This document shows, piece by piece, positions 1 to 10,134 of a DNA stretch of 29,287 nucleotides. The notes under the pieces are model-generated. The model did not search any database and was not told where the DNA came from. It worked only from the letters and a program-made list of their open reading frames with translations. Positions within the stretch are counted from its first letter, which is position 1. The number at the start of each line of letters is the position of its first letter. Source of the stretch: a bacterium (GTDB taxonomy: Bacteria > UBP7 > UBA6624). The DNA lies in NCBI GenBank assembly GCA_002716355.1, contig PBAU01000012.1, positions 1 to 29,287 on the forward strand, in the 5' to 3' direction. The translations under genes were made by a program, and so were the position numbers.

Positions 1-2
1 CT

Positions 3-188
3 TTTGTAAAAAAAGGGTCTGTTTTTTTATTTTATAAATATCAAAAAGAAACACCCCTTGTTGTTTCTTTGGAAAACAATTGGTCAGAGATCGAGTTTTT
101 GGTTTTAAATCACAAAAAATATAGTTTGTTTAATGCTTGGCTTAATTCAGAAAAAGAGAAAGTTTATATAAAAATGTTTGAAAACTAA
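3..188 (+). CDS. 3' end of an unidentified protein-coding gene, open to the left window edge (partial)
   Basis: Frame 3 is open from nt 3 to TAA at 186-188, giving 61 codons: FVKKGSVFLFYKYQKETPLVVSLENNWSEIEFLVLNHKKYSLFNAWLNSEKEKVYIKMFEN*. The other two + frames hit stops within the first 37 nt. A stop-free run this long is unlikely by chance in DNA this AT-rich. No family recognised. It lacks the DnaA domain IV signature (no DH[ST]TV-type motif), so it is not dnaA. Confidence 0.35.
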   Translation, partial: FVKKGSVFLFYKYQKETPLVVSLENNWSEIEFLVLNHKKYSLFNAWLNSEKEKVYIKMFEN

Positions 189-236
189 CTTTTATTAACT
201 TTTTTTTTTAAATATTCACACTAAAGTATTGCTTTA

Positions 237-295
237 ATTGTTGTTTTTTATTCTTTGGTTTTATTGTTGTTTTTTTTTGTTTTTTTATTGTTATT
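237..295 (+). repeat. Phased T-rich direct repeats: perfect 13-mers ATTGTTGTTTTTT at 237-249 and 263-275, with a degenerate third copy ATTGTTATT at 287-295
   Basis: Read directly from the sequence. Copies are spaced 24-26 nt apart within the 237-nt non-coding region upstream of dnaN. Confidence 0.7.
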
Positions 296-307
296 AACAT
301 ATCAACA

Positions 308-344
308 TTAATAATAATAATAAAAAATTAATAATAATAATAAA
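308..344 (+). repeat. Two perfect copies of TTAATAATAATAATAAA (308-324 and 328-344), each containing (TAA)5
   Basis: Read directly from the sequence. The period is 20 nt. The repeats are preceded by ATATCAACA (299-307), a 7/9 match to the DnaA box TTATCCACA. Confidence 0.75.
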
Positions 345-425
345 TAGCTTTTATATTGCTTGTTAAAAATATAAAAAAACGGTAAAATTAAGCGGCTTTT
401 TAGTAAGCAAAAAAGCACCCAAACT

Positions 426-1538
426 ATGAAAATAAATACAACGAAAAACAGTCTTTTTTCTGCCTTAAATGAAACTAATAAAGTTATTCCTATTAGAACA
501 ACACTCCCTATTTTAAGTTGTGTTTTATTAGAAGCGAGAAAAGATTTATTATATATAACAGCAACAGATTTAGAACAAACTATCTCTACAACAATTGCAG
601 CCAAAACAGTTGAAGAGGGAAAAACAGCCTTATCATCAGGCCGTTTTTTAGAAATCGTAGCGGCTTTACCAGACACACAAATAGAGCTATCTGTCTCTTC
701 TAACCACCAGGTTGAAATCAATTCACCTCAAGGTGTTTACAATATAATAGGAAAAGACCCAGAAGAGTTTCCCGAAACACCTACTTTAAGCGGAGACCAA
801 CAACTATTAATAAACACAAAAGAATTTTTAAGAATTATAAACTCAACAACCTACGCTGTTAGTAAAGATGATTTAAAGCCAGCTTTATGTGGTATTTATT
901 TAAACATAAAAGAAAACCAAATGACAGCAGTTTCAACAGACGGTCATAGACTGGTTAAATATAAAAAAACAACAAACTCAACCAACCCAGAGGGTTCTAT
1001 AATTGTTCCTGTTAAATTTTTCAATATCATAAAAACAAGCCAAATAAACAACGAAACAACAACAATTAAAACCAGCGAAAACCACATAGAGGTAAACTAT
1101 AACAACACTAAAATAATTACAAGAATCATAAAAGAAACCTTTCCTGATTTTAATAGTGTTATACCTGAAGAATTAAAAATTCATATAAAAATAAACAAAG
1201 AAAAGTTTTTAGAGGCAATTAAAAGGGTTTCTATTTTTTCTAACAAAACAACAAAACAAATAAATCTAACATTTAATAGCAACGAAATAACAATATCAAC
1301 AGAAGACCAAGAAACAAGATCTTCTGCAAAAGAACACATTGATTGTGATTTTTCAGGAGAAGGTTTTACGGTAGGTTATAATTCTCAATATTTAAAAGAG
1401 GTTGTTCAACACATACAAGGCCAAGAAACCAACATGTTTTTAAGCGGACCGCTGACAGCAGCTGTTTTTAAGTCAAACAAAAACGAAGAAGGAGAAGAAA
1501 TTACAACCCTGTTAATGCCTTTAAGAACACAAGAATAA
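426..1538 (+). CDS. dnaN: DNA polymerase III beta subunit (sliding clamp)
   Basis: 370 aa, the typical length. The N-terminus has the beta-clamp pattern (FSALNETNKVIPIRTTLPILSCVLLEA). GYNSQYLKEVV and the C-terminal LLMPLR motifs are present. Synteny with gyrB/gyrA supports the call. Confidence 0.95.
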   Translation: MKINTTKNSLFSALNETNKVIPIRTTLPILSCVLLEARKDLLYITATDLEQTISTTIAAKTVEEGKTALSSGRFLEIVAALPDTQIELSVSSNHQVEINSPQGVYNIIGKDPEEFPETPTLSGDQQLLINTKEFLRIINSTTYAVSKDDLKPALCGIYLNIKENQMTAVSTDGHRLVKYKKTTNSTNPEGSIIVPVKFFNIIKTSQINNETTTIKTSENHIEVNYNNTKIITRIIKETFPDFNSVIPEELKIHIKINKEKFLEAIKRVSIFSNKTTKQINLTFNSNEITISTEDQETRSSAKEHIDCDFSGEGFTVGYNSQYLKEVVQHIQGQETNMFLSGPLTAAVFKSNKNEEGEEITTLLMPLRTQE

Positions 1539-1789
1539 TGTTTAAAAAAATAAAGAAAACAACACAAACAATTCAACAAGAAATAAATACCGAAGAATAT
1601 AAAATATATTTGAAACTTGTTGAAAAGTGGGAAAAAAAAATCAACAAACAAACACAAAAAAACGCAAAAATAATAGATTATAAAAACGAAGTTTTAACAA
1701 TTAAAACCAAAAACCCAACATGGAAAAATGAGATTGTTTTTATGGAGGAAAGCATAAAAAAAAACTCTCAACAACAAAAACCAAGATAA
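1538..1789 (+). CDS. Small DUF721/DciA-like protein (putative minimal replicative-helicase loader)
   Basis: 83 aa. Its start overlaps the dnaN stop (TAATG). It sits in the classical dnaN-to-gyrB slot. The segment WEKKI...AKIIDYKNEVLTIKTKNPTWKNEIVFMEESIKKN resembles the DUF721 core pattern. The assignment rests on eye alignment and gene context only. Confidence 0.5.
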   Translation: MFKKIKKTTQTIQQEINTEEYKIYLKLVEKWEKKINKQTQKNAKIIDYKNEVLTIKTKNPTWKNEIVFMEESIKKNSQQQKPR

Positions 1790-1809
1790 ACAAAATAATA
1801 GTAAAATAA

Positions 1810-3759
<1,950 letters not shown>

Positions 3760-3762
3760 TAA

Positions 3763-6237
3763 ATGGAAGAAGAATTTAAAAATCAAAACATATTAGGAAG
3801 AGATTTAGTTGATGAAATGGAAGAATCCTATCTTTCATATGCTATGTCTGTAATTATAAGCAGAGCTCTTCCAGACGTAAGAGATGGTTTAAAGCCAGTT
3901 CATAGAAGAGTTTTGTTTGGAGCTTCAGGGATTGGAGCTCAATGGAACAGAAAACATAAAAAAAGTGCAAGAATTGTAGGAGAGGTAATAGGTAAATATC
4001 ACCCTCATGGGGACCAGTCTATTTATGATTCTTTGGTTAGGATGGCACAGCCATGGTCTTTAAGATATTTATTAATAGACGGACAGGGAAACTTTGGATC
4101 TGTGGATGGAGACGGGGCAGCCGCAATGAGATACACCGAGGCAAAAATGTCAAAAATTGCCTCAGAAATGTTAAAAGACATAGACAAAAACACTGTTTCT
4201 CTCCAGCCAAACTTTGATGATTCTTTAGAAGAACCCACAGTATTACCATCTCAAATACCCAACCTTCTAATGAATGGTTCAGAGGGAATTGCTGTTGGTA
4301 TGGCAACCAAAATTCCACCACACAACCTAAAAGAATTAGTAGGGGGATTAGTTGCTCTTTTAGAAAATCAAGAAATTACAAGCGAAGAAATATTTTTAAA
4401 CTACATAACAGGACCTGATTTTCCAACAGCCGGCTTTATTATGGGTATAGATGGAATCAAAGATGCGTACACAACAGGAAGAGGTAGAGTAATAATGCGT
4501 GGAAGGGCGCAAATTGAAGAAAAAGAAAACGGCAAAGAAGTTATTATTATAAATGAAATACCCTACCAAGTTAACAAATCTAACTTAATAGAAAAAATAG
4601 CAGATTTAGTAAGAGAAAAAAAACTAGAAGGAATTTCAGACCTAAGAGATGAATCAGATAAAGATGGGATGAGAATAGTTATAGAATGTAAAAGAGATGC
4701 TATTGCTGAAATAATTTTAAACAATCTATATAAATACACTCAACTACAAGACACTTTTGGAATTATTATGCTTGCTATTGTTGATGGGGTTCCAAAAGTT
4801 ATGCCTATTAAAGAGGTTTTAAATCAATTTCTTTTATTTAGAAGAGAAATAATAATAAAAAGAACAAAATATGATTTAAAAGAAGCAGAAACAAGAGCCC
4901 ATATTTTAGAAGGTTTAAAAAAAGCGCTTCAACATATAGACGACATAATAAAACTAATAAAAAAATCAGCAAACCCAGATGAAGCAAAAAGAAAATTAAT
5001 AGATAAATTTAAATTTACAAACCCTCAAACTAAAGCAATTTTAGATATGAGACTACAAAAACTAACCTCATTAGAAACAGACAAATTAATTGAAGAATTA
5101 AAAGAACTACAGAAACAAATTATTTATTACAATGAAATTTTAAACAGCTATGAAAAACAAAGTTCAATTATTAAAGAAGAACTTTTAGAAATAGAAGAAA
5201 AATACGGAGATGATAGAAAAACAGAAATAATACCAATTAGCGGAGACCTTACCATTGAAGATATGATTGCAGACGAAGATATGGTGGTAACAATTAGCCA
5301 CAATGGATATATTAAAAGACTTCCTGTTTCAACATGGAAAACCCAAAACAGGGGAGGTAAAGGAATGAAGGGGGCAAATACCAAACAAGACGACTTTGTA
5401 GAACATCTCTTTATTGCCTCTACTCACAACACAATGTTGTTTTTTACAGATACGGGAAAATGTTATTGGTTAAAAGTGCATCAAATACCCCAAGCCTCAA
5501 GAACCTCGCAAGGTAGAGCAATTGTTAATTTAATAGGGTGTGCCCCTGAAGACAAAGTTAAGGCCTTTGTTTCTGTAAAAGAGTTTACAGAAGATCAACA
5601 GCTTATTATGTGTACTAAAAAAGGCCTAATAAAAAGAAGCAAATTGATGCTTTATAGTAAACCAAGAAAGGGAGGAATATATGCCGTTGATGTAAACGAT
5701 GGAGACGAGTTAATTCAGGCAAAGCTTAGCACAGGAGACCAGGACGTCTTGTTGGCAACAAACAACGGAAAATCAATCAGGTTTAACGAAAATCAAATTA
5801 GATCAACAGGAAGAAAAACAAAAGGAGTTACAGGAATAAGAATGTCTTTTAAAGATGATTATGTAATAGGAATGTTAGTAGTAAAAAGAGAGGGGCAGGT
5901 TTTAGTTGTTTCTAGTAAAGGTTTTGGAAAAAGAAGCCTTCTTGAACAATATAGAGAACAACAAAGAGGAGGAAAGGGTGTTTTTACTCTAAAAGCAAAT
6001 AACAAAACAGGAAAATTAATTTCAATCATGGAGGTTGTAGACGAGGACGATCTAATGATTATTACAGATACTGGCATTATGATTAGGCAATCAATTAATA
6101 AGCTAAATATTATTGGAAGAAATACACAAGGAGTTAAGCTTTTAAGGTTAGATGAAAAATCTCAAATTGCCTCTGTTACTAAAGTAATAAAAGAAGACGA
6201 CGATTTAGAAGAAGACGAAACAGAAGAATTAATATAA
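3763..6237 (+). CDS. gyrA: DNA gyrase subunit A
   Basis: 824 aa. Motifs present: YAMSVIISRALPDVRDGLKPVHRRVL, QRDR KYHPHGDQSIYDSLVRMAQ, AAMRYTEAKM (catalytic Tyr) and GIAVGMATKIPPHNL. The C-terminal beta-pinwheel repeats and an acidic tail (EDDDLEEDETEELI) are present. Confidence 0.97.
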   Translation: MEEEFKNQNILGRDLVDEMEESYLSYAMSVIISRALPDVRDGLKPVHRRVLFGASGIGAQWNRKHKKSARIVGEVIGKYHPHGDQSIYDSLVRMAQPWSLRYLLIDGQGNFGSVDGDGAAAMRYTEAKMSKIASEMLKDIDKNTVSLQPNFDDSLEEPTVLPSQIPNLLMNGSEGIAVGMATKIPPHNLKELVGGLVALLENQEITSEEIFLNYITGPDFPTAGFIMGIDGIKDAYTTGRGRVIMRGRAQIEEKENGKEVIIINEIPYQVNKSNLIEKIADLVREKKLEGISDLRDESDKDGMRIVIECKRDAIAEIILNNLYKYTQLQDTFGIIMLAIVDGVPKVMPIKEVLNQFLLFRREIIIKRTKYDLKEAETRAHILEGLKKALQHIDDIIKLIKKSANPDEAKRKLIDKFKFTNPQTKAILDMRLQKLTSLETDKLIEELKELQKQIIYYNEILNSYEKQSSIIKEELLEIEEKYGDDRKTEIIPISGDLTIEDMIADEDMVVTISHNGYIKRLPVSTWKTQNRGGKGMKGANTKQDDFVEHLFIASTHNTMLFFTDTGKCYWLKVHQIPQASRTSQGRAIVNLIGCAPEDKVKAFVSVKEFTEDQQLIMCTKKGLIKRSKLMLYSKPRKGGIYAVDVNDGDELIQAKLSTGDQDVLLATNNGKSIRFNENQIRSTGRKTKGVTGIRMSFKDDYVIGMLVVKREGQVLVVSSKGFGKRSLLEQYREQQRGGKGVFTLKANNKTGKLISIMEVVDEDDLMIITDTGIMIRQSINKLNIIGRNTQGVKLLRLDEKSQIASVTKVIKEDDDLEEDETEELI

Positions 6238-6254
6238 AACACACTCCATAAAAA

Positions 6255-6950
6255 ATGTTTTTAGATGCAACAATCAACAAATCCAACCTTATAAACATAA
6301 AAAAAAACATTAAAAAATATAATTCTAAACCAAATAAAATTCAAATTATAGCTGTAACAAAAAATTTTTCTTATTGTGCAATACAAAGCGCAAATGAAAA
6401 TAAAATACAAATTGTTGGAGAAAATAAAGTACAAGAAACAATAGAAAAAATAAAGAACAAAAAACTTCCTACAAATATAGAAATACATCTTATAGGCCAC
6501 CTACAAAGCAATAAAGCAAAAAAAGCAGTAAATATTTATAGCACCATACAGTCTGTTGACAGCATTCAAATAGCTGAAAAAATAAATTTTTATGCAAAAA
6601 AAAACAAAAAAAAACAAAAAATTTTTTTACAAATAAATATTGCTAAACAAAAAACACAATTTGGGTTTGATCAGGAGAATATATATAATGCGGCTGAAAC
6701 AATAAAAAAATTAAAAAATATTCAAATTGAAGGTGTTATGGTAATTGCGCCAAACACAAAAAATAAACCAACAATAAATCAAGCGTTTAAAAAGGCGAAA
6801 GAAATAAAGAACAAAATACAAAAAAACATTGTTTCAACCTGTCGTTTTTTATCTGCAGGAATGAGCAACGACTATGATATAGCTCTTCAAAACGGAGCCA
6901 CGCATCTTAGGCTTGGAACAATATTATATAACAAAATAGAACAAAAATGA
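6255..6950 (+). CDS. yggS: YggS/PLPBP-family pyridoxal-phosphate homeostasis protein
   Basis: 231 aa. It has the PLP-lysine context IIAVTKNFS, plus VGENKVQE, HLIGHLQSNKAKKAV and SAGMSNDY. These match the YggS/YBL036C family. Confidence 0.85.
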   Translation: MFLDATINKSNLINIKKNIKKYNSKPNKIQIIAVTKNFSYCAIQSANENKIQIVGENKVQETIEKIKNKKLPTNIEIHLIGHLQSNKAKKAVNIYSTIQSVDSIQIAEKINFYAKKNKKKQKIFLQINIAKQKTQFGFDQENIYNAAETIKKLKNIQIEGVMVIAPNTKNKPTINQAFKKAKEIKNKIQKNIVSTCRFLSAGMSNDYDIALQNGATHLRLGTILYNKIEQK

Positions 6951-7378
6951 AAAAAAATATCTTTCTTACCCCAGAGCTTGCTGCAAATAAAAATCTTGAT
7001 CAAATTATTAAAGAAAAAGAAAAAATGATTTTTAACAAAAACCCCCTAAAACAACTCAGTGCCCTTGATATAAATAGCGCTATATATATTTATGACCAAG
7101 GGTTTAACTATACTGAAAAAATTATTCCCATTAATAATCATATTAATAAAACAGGGATTAACCCAATGAGAGAATTAAAACAAACAGGCGTAGATTTTTT
7201 TGATATAACTAGTATATATAAACATAAAAAAAGAGGAAAAATTGCAGAGTGTTTTGGAAATCACCAACCAACAGCTCAAAAGAACGCCCAATATATACAA
7301 GGACATTTTTTATGTAATTATGTGATTTTATCACACTATGTTGGGTTTAATAATATTTATGCTTTTATAGTTGACTAA
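6947..7378 (+). CDS. Hypothetical 143-aa protein, possibly a truncated and decayed trimeric purine-nucleoside-phosphorylase (PunA/XapA-type) relic
   Basis: The ORF is intact. It is coupled to yggS by an ATGA overlap and ends 1 nt before the typA ATG. IIPINNHINKTGINPMRELKQTGVDFFDITSIYK aligns by eye with the PNP segment [35 protein letters not shown]. The C-terminal LCNYVILSHYVGFNNIYAFIVD aligns with VPEVIVANHAGMRVLGISCISN. The N-terminal phosphate-binding half and the SxET/M/N catalytic segment appear to be missing. Confidence 0.4.
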   Translation: MKKNIFLTPELAANKNLDQIIKEKEKMIFNKNPLKQLSALDINSAIYIYDQGFNYTEKIIPINNHINKTGINPMRELKQTGVDFFDITSIYKHKKRGKIAECFGNHQPTAQKNAQYIQGHFLCNYVILSHYVGFNNIYAFIVD

Positions 7379-7379
7379 A

Positions 7380-9209
7380 ATGAGAAAACAAAACATTAGA
7401 AATATTGCTATAATTGCCCATGTAGACCATGGAAAAACAACATTGGTTGACGGCCTACTCAAACAAAGCGGGACCTTTCATGAACACCAGTCTGTTGAAG
7501 ATAGAGTAATGGATTCTATGGAACTAGAAAAAGAAAGAGGAATTACTATAACAGCAAAAAACACAGCTATATTTTATAATAATATAAAAATTAATATTGT
7601 AGACACTCCAGGGCACGCAGATTTTGGAGGAGAGGTTGAAAGAAGCCTAAATTTGGTTGACGGAGTATTGTTATTAGTTGACTCCAGCGAAGGTCCCCTA
7701 CCTCAAACTAGATTTGTTTTAAAAAAGACACTACAAAAAAAGCTGCCGGTAATATTAATAATCAATAAAATTGATAGATCAGACTCGCGAATTCAAGAAG
7801 TTATTAACGAGGTATATGATTTATTTATTGATTTAGAGGCAAGCGATGAACAAATTGATTTTCCTATTCTATATACAAATGCAAAAACAGGAACAGCCAA
7901 AGCCAGCCTTGATGACAAAGGAAAGACATTAAAGCCCCTGCTTGATTTAGTTATAGATTATTTTAAAGGTCCTAAAATTGACGAATCTATGTCCACACAA
8001 TTTTTAATTACCAGCCTAGATTATGATTCGTATGTTGGACAAATTGCAATAGGGCGCATTGACAACGGTACGATTCAAATGAACCGCCCTTATTGTCTCT
8101 GCGGTAAAGAAAATAAAATTTATAATAATAAACTAACAGCATGTTATACTTTTAAAGGATTACAAAAAGTTAAAGTAGAAGCCTTAGAGGCGGGAGACAT
8201 TGTTGCTGTTGCTGGTCTAAATAATATTTCAATAGGAGACACATTAACAGACAACGACAATCCCTCTCCTCTTCCTAGAATTATTATTGATGAACCAACA
8301 ATTTCTATGTATTTTCATGTAAATGATAGTCCTTTTTCTGGAACAGAAGGAAAATATTTAACATCTCGCCATTTACTAGAAAGGCTAAAAAAAGAAACCC
8401 TAAAAAATGTATCTCTTAAGATTAAAGAAACTAACGCGCCCAATATAATTCAAGTAAGCGGAAGAGGAGAGCTCCAAATGTCTATTTTAATTGAGACGAT
8501 GAGAAGGGAAGGATATGAAATGATGGTATCAAAACCCAAGGTTATAACAAAAGAAAAAAATGGAAAAAAAACAGAACCCATTGAACAGGTTTTTCTTGAC
8601 TTGTCTGAAGAACATGTTGGAACAGTTACTGAAAAATTATCCATCAGAAAAGGAAAAATGACCAATCTTCAAAATAATGGATTTGGGAGAGTTTTGTTAG
8701 AGTTTTTAATTCCATCAAGGGGATTAATTGGTTTTAGAAACCAGTTTTTAACAGAAACAAAAGGTTCAGGAATAATTAATTCCTTATTTTATGGTTATGA
8801 AGAATGGAAAGGGAACATACCCCAGCGCACAAACGGAGTATTAATAGCAGACAGAAAAGGAAAAATAACAAGCTATGCAAGTTTAGGTATGGCAGATAGA
8901 GGAGAAATGTTTTTTGATGTTGGAACAGAAGTATATGCAGGCATGATTATTGGAGAAAGAAACAAAGCAGGCGATCTAGATGTTAATATAACAAAAGAAA
9001 AAAAACTTACAAATATGAGGTCTTCAACAGCCGAAGCAACCGTAACACTAAGATCAATAAAAAAAATAACACTAGATCAGTGTATAGAGTTTATAGCAGA
9101 AGATGAACTTTTAGAAGTAACACCTAAAAACATTCGTTTAAGAAAGATGGAATTAGACATTAATAAAAGAAAAAGTGAAAAAAGAAAAATTAAACCAACA
9201 AAGGAATAA
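7380..9209 (+). CDS. typA: Translational GTPase TypA/BipA
   Basis: G-domain motifs [29 protein letters not shown] and NKIDR are present, with an EF-G-like domain order and a length of about 609 aa. I prefer the ATG at 7380 over the TTG at 7371 given in the ORF track. Confidence 0.93.
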   Translation: MRKQNIRNIAIIAHVDHGKTTLVDGLLKQSGTFHEHQSVEDRVMDSMELEKERGITITAKNTAIFYNNIKINIVDTPGHADFGGEVERSLNLVDGVLLLVDSSEGPLPQTRFVLKKTLQKKLPVILIINKIDRSDSRIQEVINEVYDLFIDLEASDEQIDFPILYTNAKTGTAKASLDDKGKTLKPLLDLVIDYFKGPKIDESMSTQFLITSLDYDSYVGQIAIGRIDNGTIQMNRPYCLCGKENKIYNNKLTACYTFKGLQKVKVEALEAGDIVAVAGLNNISIGDTLTDNDNPSPLPRIIIDEPTISMYFHVNDSPFSGTEGKYLTSRHLLERLKKETLKNVSLKIKETNAPNIIQVSGRGELQMSILIETMRREGYEMMVSKPKVITKEKNGKKTEPIEQVFLDLSEEHVGTVTEKLSIRKGKMTNLQNNGFGRVLLEFLIPSRGLIGFRNQFLTETKGSGIINSLFYGYEEWKGNIPQRTNGVLIADRKGKITSYASLGMADRGEMFFDVGTEVYAGMIIGERNKAGDLDVNITKEKKLTNMRSSTAEATVTLRSIKKITLDQCIEFIAEDELLEVTPKNIRLRKMELDINKRKSEKRKIKPTKE

Positions 9210-9828
9210 TATCTATAAGAGAATTGCAAATTTCAGCCCTTTTTACATTAAGCCTATCTTTATTAAAATGACCGCAAGCAACCAAAAACAAACCAGCGCT
9301 TATAGCAGCGGCAACGCGCTCATCATATAAAGTATCACCAATAACAACAGTTTCAGAACCAATTAAACCATGCTTGTTCATCAGGTTTTTTGCAAGGAGT
9401 TCTTTTCCCTCAGCATTTAAATTATCAACACCCACGACATCAACAAAAAAGTGTTCAATTTTATAAAATCTAACAGACTCTAATAAAAGATTATGTTCAG
9501 AAGCAGACAAAACAAACTGTTTAATTGATTGTTTTTTAGCAAAAGACAATACGTCTAAAGCATGTGGCTGTAAATCAGGCTCTTTCATTTTAGACCGATA
9601 TAATGCAAGGAAAGAGGCATTCATTGTATCAAATTGTGTTTTAGTAAATTTAAAACCTAATTTTTTCCAATATTTTTGAATAGGAAAACAAAAATTGTTT
9701 TTATAGTCTGCTAAGGAAATTTCAGGCAACCCCTGTTTTATTAAGGTGGTATTCATAATGTTGACAAACAAATAGGCATCATTAATTAAAGTGCCATTCC
9801 AATCCCAAATAATGTTTTTTATTTTCAT
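9190..9828 (-). CDS. HAD-superfamily hydrolase (subfamily IA, phosphoglycolate-phosphatase-like)
   Basis: 212 aa. Motif I is IIWDWNGTL (D-x-N instead of D-x-D), motif II is VLSAS, and motif IV is VIGDTLYDE. A cap-domain-length insert follows motif I. Confidence 0.8.
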   Translation of the reverse strand: MKIKNIIWDWNGTLINDAYLFVNIMNTTLIKQGLPEISLADYKNNFCFPIQKYWKKLGFKFTKTQFDTMNASFLALYRSKMKEPDLQPHALDVLSFAKKQSIKQFVLSASEHNLLLESVRFYKIEHFFVDVVGVDNLNAEGKELLAKNLMNKHGLIGSETVVIGDTLYDERVAAAISAGLFLVACGHFNKDRLNVKRAEICNSLIDIIPLLV

Positions 9829-9833
9829 TATAC

Positions 9834-10115
9834 TTATAGGGTTTTTAATAGTTCGAAAGTATAAATACCATCCTTATGCCCATCAGAGAAAAAAAATTGT
9901 AATCCATAATGTCCAACGCCTTTATATTGAGTAATTATTAAATTTTTTTTTGGAGTTTCTTTTTTACCTCCATAAGTATTTCCTAAAGCGTCCGTTTCTC
10001 CACTACACATAGCACAAGGACAAAGCTCACGCAACCTAACATATGAAATAGTTGTGGTTTTATTAGCGCCCCAATCAATCGCCAATTCACTCTCAAACAA
10101 CATTATTGATTTCAT
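9834..10115 (-). CDS. DUF971 domain protein (gamma-butyrobetaine hydroxylase-like N-terminal domain)
   Basis: 93 aa. LRELCPCAMCSGE ... GHYGLQFFFSDGHKDGIYTFELL matches the DUF971 pattern. It lies 5 nt upstream of the HAD gene, so the two are likely co-transcribed. Confidence 0.75.
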   Translation of the reverse strand: MKSIMLFESELAIDWGANKTTTISYVRLRELCPCAMCSGETDALGNTYGGKKETPKKNLIITQYKGVGHYGLQFFFSDGHKDGIYTFELLKTL

Positions 10116-10120
10116 TTAAA

Positions 10121-10126
10121 CCCCCT
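10121..10126 (-). promoter_or_regulatory. Shine-Dalgarno-like AGGGGG, 5 nt upstream of the DUF971 ATG
   Basis: The + strand reads CCCCCT at 10121-10126. This is one of only two clear SD-like sites in the window. Confidence 0.5.
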
Positions 10127-10134
10127 AAAAAATA

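Noticed and set aside
212-220. DnaA-box-like ATATTCACA
   Set aside because: It has two mismatches to TTATCCACA and is isolated. It is too weak to call a DnaA box on its own, and I mention it only as context for the oriC hypothesis.
308-344. The direct repeats considered as a possible CRISPR or other repeat-spacer array
   Set aside because: There are only two copies, separated by 3 nt. They are pure A/T low complexity, and no cas genes are present. This is not a CRISPR array.
308-721. 137-aa minus-strand ORF spanning the dnaN start and the upstream repeats
   Set aside because: It is antisense to the well-supported dnaN. Its translation is low complexity (LLLLLIFYYYY, derived from the TAA repeats). 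It is a shadow ORF.
4023-6077. Minus-strand ORFs of 71-94 aa inside gyrA (4023-4238, 4037-4321, 5148-5384, 5859-6077)
   Set aside because: They are antisense to gyrA and have no motifs, so I treat them as shadow ORFs.
6948-6950. Possibility of genetic code 4 (TGA = Trp), given the very low G+C
   Set aside because: TGA terminates yggS (6948-6950), lpxK (13415-13417) and the DUF374 gene (14476-14478) at lengths consistent with their families. Trp is encoded by TGG throughout. The standard code 11 fits.
7371-7379. TTG-extended start for typA in the ORF track, with analogous TTG extensions for lpxB (16240) and wzx (22107)
   Set aside because: An ATG follows within 1-14 codons in each case (7380, 16237, 22065). 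Those starts give N-termini matching the homologues ([35 protein letters not shown]). I preferred the ATG, although the TTG cannot be strictly excluded.
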